From assembly GCA_024181965.1 (NCBI GenBank), contig BQXS01009689.1:1-33916 (forward strand): 33,916 nt of DNA, given 5' to 3'. The notes beneath the pieces were generated by a model that saw only the letters and a program-made list of their open reading frames with translations, made no database searches and was not told where the DNA came from. This stretch comes from Aduncisulcus paluster (taxonomy: Eukaryota). The first letter of the stretch is position 1. Each line of letters starts with the position of its first letter. Positions 10,801 to 20,203 of this stretch are shown here, piece after piece. Both the position numbers and the translations under genes were made by a program.

Positions 10801-13800
10801 GGCAACTTCCTCTTTTTCTAAAATAGATCCCCAAATCAAGTCTGCTCGACGATTTGCTTCGGCAACAGATTCAATTAATTTGCCAATCGAAGATCCAGCA
10901 TCAAGAGTGACTTTCACAAATGGATCAATCTGAACCTTTTCGGCTTCTAAAAGTCCAATTTCAGAGAGAGAGCCAATTAAAAATTGAATCAAACTTGTTT
11001 TTCCCACTCCAGAATCAGCTCTAAGAACGACAAGTCTCTCGGTACATAACATCAGCCGAATCTGGATCATTTTGAAGAGGTTATCGGGAGTAATATTATA
11101 TTCACCATCCAAAAACTTAACACTTCCAACAATATCAGAATCGGGAACTAAATATTCTACCAGTTTTTTTCTGAGATCTTTATCACTCTTGTCTTTCACA
11201 CAACTCATTTGCCCAACGGAGCTTCCCCGCAAAGAAGTATAGAGTTTGCTAAAAATATGATCAATTGCATGTGAAATACCAGAATATGAATCATGAGAAA
11301 TAAATCTAACATTTTCATTTTCAATTATTGGAATAATTCGTTTTTGTTGCTCCCATGAAAAAATACACTCATCGAGATATTCACCACGAGTAACTTGGTG
11401 AGCCTGGGAATTTCCACACATTCCAGCAAATTTACACTCAACAGCAATCATTTTCCAGATATCCTTAAAAAATGTCTCGACCAACTCCCGACCAATATCA
11501 TGCTCCCGACAGATCACATCAACCATCATTGAAGGATAACCATAAACTCCATGAGACTTGAAAAATACAACATATCTATATGCAGCAAGGGCAATAGAAG
11601 AGATCACACCATATGTAATGTTCTTGATTGGAATTGCACACTTCTCAAGTCCAGGAATACGCCCACCAACAAAATTCTTTATGATTTCAATATCCTCCGG
11701 TTCAAAACAGATTTGACTACAATCGTTCATAGGATTCTGATATTGTTTAATTACCGTGGCCAGAGCAGCCAAAGCAAAGAAATAACGTTTGCTTGTTAAC
11801 ACCATACTCTCTGAAGCCACAAGACTTCCTGTGGAGATTTGAAGCTCTTTCCAGCTAAAAGTATGTTGAATGTTGTGTCTTTTCTCGACACATAAATGGT
11901 TTAATCTTTCAGCAAGCCAGTTTGCACGAGAAGATTGAATCTCGACATGAACAGTAACATCATCAGTCAAATAAAGAAAAGAACCATTTACACGAAGAGC
12001 CTTAAGATAAAGGATGGAGAACAAGAAATCTTGCAAATGTTTCTCACTTCGGATTCCTCTTTCCATTGCATAAGAATGGATATCAGATTCAATTCCTTCT
12101 CCATCAAAATTTTCCTCATCTAAACACATATTTATCCTTCCAATATCAATCCACAATACTCCATTGCCAACACCATCCTTAGCTTTCGTTACAAAGTCTC
12201 TAATGTCTTCACTAAGGCGTGAAAATGAACATTCACCACTGATATGGAAAGGTAATAAACGATTATCACCACGCCCATAAATAAATTTGATATTATGGCT
12301 TTTGCCATTTGCTGGTAAATCCGAAGTATGAATGAAAGAAGTTGGGGTTTTAATATGATCAGGATCAAGAGGAGAAAGATGATTGAAATAATCGTACCAA
12401 AGAGTTGACTCTGCAAACTTCCCTTTGTCTTTCATTGGACAGAAAATAACGAGCTTAACATCATCATAGTCTCTAACAATCAGCTTTGAGAGAAGAGATA
12501 GAGCAGCATTGGAAAGTTCTTCACATCGAAGAATAGTATGGAGGCTGTCATGAGCACGAGCGTGTGCAAGAAAAGAATAAATCTCATCATAGGATGTAAT
12601 AGATGAACAGAATAAAATATTACTCGGATCCATTCGAACCTTTTCCTGTTGATACAAGAATGGCACTCGATTAAGCATAGTCATCATTTGTGTATCTTCA
12701 TAAAGAATGATTGTTGGTGCTGTGATTGTCTTATAAGTAAACAGACGACGTTTAGGTTTTGCAAGATCCACATGTAATCCACGAGAAATCTGGACATGAC
12801 CGTGAGAACGCTCAGCTTCATATGAAGCAACGAATTTATCATAGGCTCGATATCCTTGCAAAGCATAAATGACTTCTTTGATTTGGGCAAAGGCAATATC
12901 AACATCAGAATTCTTGCATAATGTTCTGATAAATGGAGTTAAGCGAACGTTTTCCCTTGCAGCACTGAAATGGAATACTTGAAGTCCTCCGAGATCAGCC
13001 TTATCGCCTCGCAAAGTAGCGATATCTTTTCCAGTGATTCCTGAAAGAATTTTGGAAGATGAACGCAATTTATGGAGCTCTCCTTGAAATTGTTCGAATT
13101 TCTTTGAGATTGCCTCATCAATGCGTTGGAAATCACTAATAATATAATCTTCCCGCTTAATCGCAAAATGACTCTGAAGGGAAGATTGTGACGATGTGGG
13201 AGAAAGTGGGAAAGAAACTGATTCAACACTGCTACTCTTCTCATTGTCCCCATCTTGCTGTGCAGCTTTTCCATCCTTGAAACCTTTCCAAGCAACAGGA
13301 TTCCAGGAATCATATTTGTATTCCCAGACAACATATTCATCTCTCCCAGGTGGGATGTCGATAATTCCATTGTGATACATTTTTTCAATACCTGTGCGAA
13401 TACGTTCAAGGAATTGGACAGCATTGATAAAGTTCATTCTATGAATATCCTCTTGAATATTGCTCTTCTTTTGGAATCTTGCATCACCCACAGCACTTTT
13501 TAACCTTTCCTCAGAGACAATATTACTTTGAGAAACTGGAGCCACAGTTTTAACATGTCTTCCCTCTTCTTCCTCTTCCTCTTCCGACTCTTTCATAGGA
13601 ATTAGAGCTCTTGAAGGAGCGGAAGCTCCCTTTACAAGACGAATCTCGAATTTTGAATTCTCAAATCTCAAAATCTGAACAGTTTGTTGAAAAATCAAGT
13701 TTCTAATTCGCAAATCGAGATATTTTGAATCAGAAAGAGCGTGAAGAAGACTTTTTTGGTGAGCAATTGTTAGATGTTCAATAATTTCAGCTCCCTTTTT

Positions 13801-16800
13801 CGCATTTTGCGCTCCTAATTCAGTTTGGAATCGACGCACTGTAGACACAGCAGAGTCAAACCTCGAAACGTCAAGTAAGGAGTCATGTAACTTTTGTACA
13901 GCATCATAGATGTTTTGTTGAGAGAAGAAAATCAGTGCTTGAAGAGCATCAGGGGTAATATTAATCAAAGTAATCTCTTCCATCAATGAAGCAAAAATTT
14001 CACGATTTTCTTGAGATTTTTCAATCGCCTTCTTACACAATTTAATGAAGGAGTCTTTTCCATCGATGATATAAGAAGCTATTTTCCAAGCATCTTCACA
14101 TCCTCGCCCTTGATCAATACTGGAAGTCACAGTTTCACCCCGCAATAACGTAGTGGCATATGATAAAGATTTATCTAGAAGTAACTGAGTGTGACATATA
14201 TTGGGATTAGGAACATCTTGTGACATTTGGGAGGATTGTTCACACAACCTCAACATTTCATCAAGAGGTTGAAGGTAATCGGGAAGGTTGACACCAAAAG
14301 CATTTACAATAGACCGTAAAATATATGGTTGTTCTCTCATATACCATATTGATAGAGATTCACCACATTTTGGGAAACAATACCGAATACAATCATCTTC
14401 AAAACTGATAATTTCACCTCTCCGAGCTTCTTCCTCATCACGGCTCATTGTCGTATTCCTAGGCGGGAAAGTCATATTTTTAATCTTGTTAACATAATAA
14501 ATGTAATAAGAGAAAAAAAGGAGTGAAAATTCATCAGATATTTTGGAACTTTGCAATTTTTCCATGAACTTGAACAAATTCTTCCACTTTTTCTGTTCAG
14601 AACCCTCAGTCAATAGTGAATGGGGAACCCCAACTTTAAACAGAGCAGCAAAAAGGGATTGTGCTCCTGTCTTCTCCTCTATTTCCTCAGGTTCTTCATC
14701 GACCTCCTCCAGTTCCTCAATATCTGCATCTCCTTGTTCTGGAGGTTGGGGTTTCTTTTCCTTCATTTTCTCAGCAATCTTCTCCCGTTTCGCTGCCTCA
14801 AGGAAGAAACAAATAAATTCCAACAAAGGAAGAGAAGAAAACCTCCTTTCTCTAGGAATTTGGTTGTAAAATATGATAAGTTGTTCCTTTTCAACACTAG
14901 CTTCTTTTACAAAATTCTCAGGATTTGCTTGATTTAGAGGTTTATCAAACATTAAAGCACGGCATTGACTCATTTTATCAACAATACCATTTCCTTGGGC
15001 TTCATCGATGTATTTCCACACAACTCGATTATACAAATCAATCATCTTTGAATATTCATCAATTCTACCAAATTCTTCTTTCACTTTTTTAATTTCTCTC
15101 TGAATATATGGACGAGATATGCTGGTTAAATCGGACATTAATTTCAATGGGTGCAAAGGTTCTTTTACGGTGGTTGTTTTGGAACCCACATGCGAACCTC
15201 CACGATTCCAATATGGACTCGACCAATTTTGTCCACCAGAATATTGATGATCAGACCAATAATCTTGTGTTTTCCTTCTAGAGCTAGAATCACTTGAATA
15301 AATGGAATTTTCGACTTCACTCCTTGCAAAAATACCTTCAAGATGTAAAATATCATTGTATGAGAGATTTCTTTCCTGAATATCATCAAAGAGAGAAATG
15401 AAACGTTGGAGAATACCAAATAAATGTGTAGACCGAATGATGGGAGATTCAAGTATATCCTTTAATCTTGTGAATGTTTTTTTAATAACCACACACAAAG
15501 AAAGACAATGAAGATACTTGGGAGAAGAAATTATATCGAACCGTTCCTCTCCGTCTGCACTAATCTGATTTTTGAGGAATTCGTTGAATACTTGATTGAA
15601 GAAAATTTCTTGGATTTGATCTTGATCTTGACTCTTAATTTTAGTTCCTCGAACGATATCAATTGCCGAAATACAGATAATTTTGACCAAATTTGAATCT
15701 TCTCTGAAACGATCACACATAATTCTCATCAATATTCCAAAAAGAGGATGAAGCATGACATTATATTTAAAGGAAGTGAAAATCTTGTCAATCGGATTGA
15801 CTTCACCCTTTTTCTTCGATCCAAATAATCCATTTGAAGCTGGAGCAGAGCAAAGAGGCTTGACAAATCCAGGATCATCTAAAAGTTGACTCAAGTTTTT
15901 ATGTTCCACAAAAGCAGAGATAGACTTCTCAATAAGGGGTTTTAGAACTTCAAATTGCGTAAAAGGAAGCAAAAGGTCAAATAATTCCAGAATTGAACTA
16001 ACTGGGTCATGATGAGTCGACTTATCATCAGAATATACACCCATTCTGTTACCAAGGGCCACAAAAATATTCTGAAAAATCTCAAAATGCTCTTTGGAAA
16101 GGGTTAAAAAAGGCTTCTTTACGAAGATCAAGTTCGAAATGGTGTGTAAAAATCGAAAAAGAGAAAATCTTCGAACATGATTTCCAANNNNNNNNNNNNN
16201 NNNNNNNCATCTAAAAGTTGACTCAAGTTTTTATGTTCCACAAAAGCAGAGATAGACTTCTCAATAAGGGGTTTTAGAACTTAAAATTGCGTAAAAGGAA
16301 GCAAAAGGTCAAATAATTCCAGAATTGAACTAACTGGGTCATGATGAGTCGACTTATCATCAGAATATACACCCATTCTGTTACCAAGGGCCACAAAAAT
16401 ATTCTGAAAAATCTCAAAATGCTCTTTGGAAAGGGTTAAAAAAGGCTTCTTTACGAAGATCAAGTTCGAAATGGTGTGTAAAAATCGAAAAAGAGAAAAT
16501 CTTCGAACATGATTTCCAACCCAAGCTGAACGGATTTGACCATCCTCAAAGAATAATTGAACATCATCCTTAATAATTAACTTTTGAAGATGCTCTGGAA
16601 TAAGATGATATAGATAAATTCGAGCCTGAAAAAGGAGATCAGCTTTACGTTTAGCTTCAATTCGGTCAGGTGCTGTCATGGAATACATACCTCTTGTAAC
16701 AAACGAAGGTGCTCCCTTTTTCTCCCCATCACTTGACTCATCATCGTCATCATCGTCATTATCATCATAGAGACCACGATCTGGCTGAGCACCTATGCCA

Positions 16801-18539
16801 TCAAAGGTAGGAACTTCTCCTTTTCGAAGATCAGTTTCAAACGCAATAATATGCTCGAACAAATGAAGTTCAATAAACGGTTCGAGGTGGTCTGAAAAAA
16901 TATGAAGCAAAGGACTGGTCATAAAGCATTCTATTGTGATATTCAGAACACGATAAATTTGTTGTTGTAACACAAGAGCATGGTTGATTCCAGTAGATAG
17001 AGCTGGATTATGGGAAATAGCAGAGAAAATAAATCTAATAACTTCAGAAAAATCTCCTTTTGAAGATTTAAAAGACAACGAATGGTATTGTTTCCCATAT
17101 TCATGAAGCTTTTGAAGGATTGAAATGGGTTCAAAGAGACGCCCAGGAGAATGAAACCAGGGGATCCCACCAGGCTCACTCTCTGAAAATCCGGTCAAAG
17201 CTCGCAAAATTTTTGAGCTTATACTTTTCAATTTTTTAAAAGAATTAAATTTTAAATCCAAATATTTAACTTTGGCAAGTTTTTCAGCAGCATCTCTGAT
17301 TTCAGCAAACCCGTGAGTATAACGCTGAGAGGTTGACCAATCAGCATAAATTCCCACGACAAATAAAGTTTTGATAGCAAGTTCTTTCCACATTTCTTCG
17401 GTTGAATTCTTCTTCGCTATCTTCTCCACAAAATTTGGAATGCAAAATGCGATTCTTGGATCATAATTAAGCAATCGAATCAAAAGAGGTAACTTTTTCT
17501 CAGACATAATCAAAGGGGCTTGACGATACTTGTCAATGGAAGCTTTGCTATCGTGAATAAGATAGATACCGAATTTTCGTGGGGCATTTTCGGACCGAAT
17601 CATACGATTATTGTAAACACTACCATCTAATTTTTCCCATTTCCAATCTGACCCTGTAAAAGTTCGAAATCTGAGCTTGAATTCAGAGAAGGAGGTATCA
17701 GGAACATCAAAAACAGCATCTCCGGCCTCAATCGAGGAATCCCAAAAAAGATTCTTCGCTTTATATATTTCTTTGAACCCTGATGTTGATTTTGATCCAT
17801 AATACCCAGAATATCCAGTATACTGAGTATAAGTATATCCATATGAAAGTCCAATATCTTCAGAGGATNNNNNNNNNNNNNNNNNNNNTAATCAAGGGGG
17901 CTTGACGATACTTGTCAATGGAAGCTTTGCTATCGTGAATAAGATAGATACCGAATTTTCGTGGGGCATTTTCGGACCGAATCATACGATTATTGTAAAC
18001 ACTACCATCTAATTTTTCCCATTTCCAATCTGACCCTGTAAAAGTTCGAAATCTGAGCTTGAATTCAGAGAAGGAGGTATCAGGAACATCAAAAACAGCA
18101 ACTCCGGCCTCAATCGAGGAATCCCAAAAAAGATTCTTCGCTTTATATATTTCTTTGAACCCTGATGTTGATTTTGATCCATAATACCCAGAATATCCAG
18201 TATACTGAGTATAAGTATATCCATATGAAAGTCCAATATCTTCAGAGGATTTAACGATAGAGTCATCATAAAGGACATATAATTTAAAAGATGTATTATA
18301 TGTTGGATATGACATTTTGTATGTTTGTGTCAAAACCAGCTTCGATGATTCAAGTTGCTGAGGATCCTGGCTTCGAAACAAAAACAAAAAAATCAATGCA
18401 AATAATTATTTTATTCAGATCAGATATGCTTAAAGAGAATTTATAATTTGTTGATTCAGACAAATTGACTGGAGGATCCTCAGATTTAATACATCGGAAA
18501 TATTGTTCAATATCATTATATATATAAAACCCATACCAT
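1808..18539 (-). CDS. RNF213: RNF213/mysterin-like giant AAA+ ATPase / E3 ubiquitin ligase, about 5,140-5,157 aa after collapsing three gap-flanking duplications
   Basis: ORF-track pieces 17860-18396, 16281-17603, 5500-16131 and 1808-5554 overlap each other in near-identical sequence. Span 1808-18366 minus 374+332+382 nt is 15,471 nt, or 5,157 codons including the stop. RNF213-type motifs occur in the expected order: YNITPDNLFKM..VLRADSGVGKT, ILFIDESN, IATNPYR, IYRVHPLPPSL..DFGELN, SLRDPVRF, ALRENF..PLLIMGSPGSSKSLS, LFDELGLAHRSPMNPLKALHAPLE, FIGISN, LFDLLN, LLQRLEK. The start is uncertain: ATG 18539 with an intron, or ATG 18315 without. Confidence 0.9.
5153..5880. repeat. 354-bp direct duplication flanking a 20-N gap (5153-5506 vs 5527-5880; gap 5507-5526); probable unmerged contig overlap
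   Basis: The copies appear identical by eye except 5175 g vs 5549 a (Thr vs Met). Confidence 0.93.
8660..12760 (-). other. Dynein-like multi-AAA+ core of the RNF213-like protein (approximate bounds)
   Basis: P-loops DLPANGKS (~12298-12321), ADSGVGKT (10996-11019) and GSPGSSKS (9883-9906), plus Walker B motifs ILFIDE and VLLFDE, match the three nucleotide-binding AAA units described for RNF213. Confidence 0.85.
15876..16519. repeat. 312-bp direct duplication flanking a 20-N gap (15876-16187 vs 16208-16519; gap 16188-16207)
   Basis: The copies appear identical except 15951 c vs 16283 a (GAA Glu vs TAA stop on the minus strand). Confidence 0.93.
17507..18250. repeat. 362-bp direct duplication flanking a 20-N gap (17507-17868 vs 17889-18250; gap 17869-17888)
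   Basis: The copies differ at 17514 a vs 17896 g (synonymous Pro) and 17719 t vs 18101 a (Asp vs Val). Confidence 0.93.
17975..18300 (-). other. CBM20-like carbohydrate-binding domain at the N-terminus of the RNF213-like protein
   Basis: The pattern EFKLRFRTFTGSDWKWEKLDGSVYNNRMI resembles the CBM20 C-terminal signature (eYKy...WE...NR). Animal RNF213 carries a CBM20-like domain at the start of its stalk. Recognised by eye; no HMM was run. Confidence 0.55.
18367..18536 (-). other. Candidate 170-nt spliceosomal intron immediately after the start codon of the RNF213-like gene
   Basis: The minus strand reads ATG|GTATGGGTTT ... TTTTTTTGTTTTTGTTTCGAAGCCAG|GATCCTCAG. It has a GT donor, a very AT-rich body, a U-rich tract and a CAG acceptor. 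Splicing gives in-frame MDPQQLESSKLVLTQTYKMSYP. Confidence 0.55.
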
Positions 18540-18582
18540 AAATTCAAGTTAAAAATCAAAAAATTATTTTTCTGACAAAATT

Positions 18583-19263
18583 ACTTTATGAATCTTAACA
18601 GTATTATCCATATGACCCGTCAAAATTATGTCTTTGAAATGTACCATTGACAAAATTGAGCATCTTGATTCTTTAAAAATTGTTTTTTCAGTCGGAGGTT
18701 CAAATAATCCAAGAGTTCTCCCGCTAGAAACATCAGAAATATGAAGAGAGCCATTTTGATGACATGTAAGGAGAGAATCACTATCTAAATAGAGCATCGC
18801 ATTCACTTCTCCAAGCCCATGTGAAACAATCGATTCTGAATCAGTAACACATTGCTTAGCATGAGGATAGAGCAATCTTAATTCTGTTGGAACATGAGAA
18901 ACATCTGTCAGACTAAATCCACTTTATGAATCTTAACAGTATTATCCATATGACCCGTCAAAATTATGTCTTTGAAATGTACCATTGACAAAATTGAGCA
19001 TCTTGATTCTTTAAAAATTGTTTTTTCAGTCGGAGGTTCAAATAATCCAAGAGTTCTCCCGCTAGAAACATCAGAAATATGAAGAGAGCCATTTTGATGA
19101 CATGTAAGGAGAGAATCACTATCTAAATAGAGCATCGCATTCACTTCTCCAAGCCCATGTGAAACAATCGATTCTGAATCAGTAACACATTGCTTAGCAT
19201 GAGGATAGAGCAATCTTAATTCTGTTGGAACATGAGAAACATCTGTCAGACTAAATCCACTTT
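18583..19263. repeat. 338-bp head-to-tail tandem duplication of the 3' third of the PLRG1 gene, with no N gap
   Basis: 18583-18920 equals 18921-19258 by eye. A 5-nt microhomology acttt occurs at 18583, 18921 and 19259. Confidence 0.92.
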
Positions 19264-19999
19264 TGGAATCTTTCATAATGGGCTGAATATCTACTGGTTT
19301 AAATAAAGGCCCCTCATCATGACAATGATTGCCAGATATTGACCATTTTCTCACACAGTCAGCAGCCGCAGAGATTAAAGTTCGCGAAATAACACCTTTA
19401 TCAATCGATTTATGCCCTAAAAGTGATGTAATCGTGCCTCTATGATGTGTGAGAATTGATAAACATTTACCACCATCGAATTTAGACAATGATCGCAAAT
19501 CCCAAGTTCGAATTGTTGAATCTTCAGATCCACTAATAATTTGAGGATCAGATACCATTGTCTCAAGACACGTGACGGCATCTGAATGACCTTTCAACTC
19601 GTAAAATGAATATGAAGTCCGGGGATCCCACAATCGTAGCGAATTATCTCGAGATCCCGTAATAAAAATATCCAAAGCCGGATGATGTTTCATACAAAGA
19701 ATATCACTGTGATGCCCTGTATGCCTCCTAATGCATTTTCTTTGGGACAAATCCCAACAACATATAGATCTGTCTTCACCAGCACTATACAAATGGTGTG
19801 GGTGCACTTTGCTAAAATAAAGTGTTCTAATATTGGCAGTATGCCCTGTAAATACATCAATAACTTTGTAATCAAAGTCGAAAAAATAGATAACATTGCT
19901 ACACGCTGTAACAAAGAATTTACCGGATGGATGAACAGCTATTGATCTTATCCATGAATCATGAGGTTTAAGAATACTCTTAACATGTTCAATTATCAT
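18908..19999 (-). CDS. PLRG1: Pleiotropic regulator 1 / Prp46 (NineTeen-complex WD40 splicing factor). 363 aa as assembled; 365 aa ending at 18564 if the 338-bp duplication is collapsed.
   Basis: WD repeats align in order with PLRG1/Prp46: HDSWIRSIAVHP, TGH...LYSAGEDRSICCWDL, IRRHTGH...HPALDIFITGSRD..RLWDPRT, LKGH...DPQIISGSEDSTIRTWDL, LTHH, and C-terminal LTGHMDNTVKIHK. Confidence 0.85.
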   Translation of the reverse strand: MIIEHVKSILKPHDSWIRSIAVHPSGKFFVTACSNVIYFFDFDYKVIDVFTGHTANIRTLYFSKVHPHHLYSAGEDRSICCWDLSQRKCIRRHTGHHSDILCMKHHPALDIFITGSRDNSLRLWDPRTSYSFYELKGHSDAVTCLETMVSDPQIISGSEDSTIRTWDLRSLSKFDGGKCLSILTHHRGTITSLLGHKSIDKGVISRTLISAAADCVRKWSISGNHCHDEGPLFKPVDIQPIMKDSKSGFSLTDVSHVPTELRLLYPHAKQCVTDSESIVSHGLGEVNAMLYLDSDSLLTCHQNGSLHISDVSSGRTLGLFEPPTEKTIFKESRCSILSMVHFKDIILTGHMDNTVKIHKVDLV

Positions 20000-20021
20000 C
20001 CCTTTACCACAAAAGCTGATA

Positions 20022-20029
20022 TTTCGCGT
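20022..20029 (-). promoter_or_regulatory. ACGCGAAA (E2F/SCB-like) candidate element in the PLRG1/CFAP47 divergent promoter
   Basis: Same octamer and orientation as at 1569-1576, about 25 nt upstream of the PLRG1 ATG. Confidence 0.3.
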
Positions 20030-20203
20030 TCTTTTTTTTCTATCTTTATTGGAAAATAATATCGTAAATATATTCGTGCACCTGAATAGTAAGTTCTCTA
20101 AAATGCAGAAATAATGATCTTAATCATATTTTATGCTGTTTTATTTATGGTGAACGGAAGCCAATGGGTTTTCTTCGCAAACAACAAGGCAATTGACATA
20201 AAA

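Noticed and set aside
16281-16283. Stop-codon reassignment (TAA=Gln/Glu) or readthrough
   Set aside because: The other copy has GAA at this site. The 10-12-kb ORFs contain no in-frame TAA/TAG, and genes here end in TAA or TGA.
1808-18396. Four separate genes, or a tandem array of paralogues/pseudogene, suggested by the ORF track
   Set aside because: Every break coincides with a 20-N gap flanked by a near-identical overlap, and collapsing them restores a single frame.
20131-20199. Minus-strand mini-ORF MSIALLFAKKTHWLPF..., back-to-back with the CFAP47 ATG, as a missing PLRG1 first exon
   Set aside because: Resemblance to the PLRG1 WHxPW motif is weak and no convincing splice donor links it to the WD40 frame.
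20114-20203. Hydrophobic signal-peptide-like N-terminus on CFAP47 (MILIIFYAVLFMV...)
   Set aside because: This is probably translated AT-rich promoter sequence. Family similarity begins at Met 20204 and CFAP47 is an axonemal protein.
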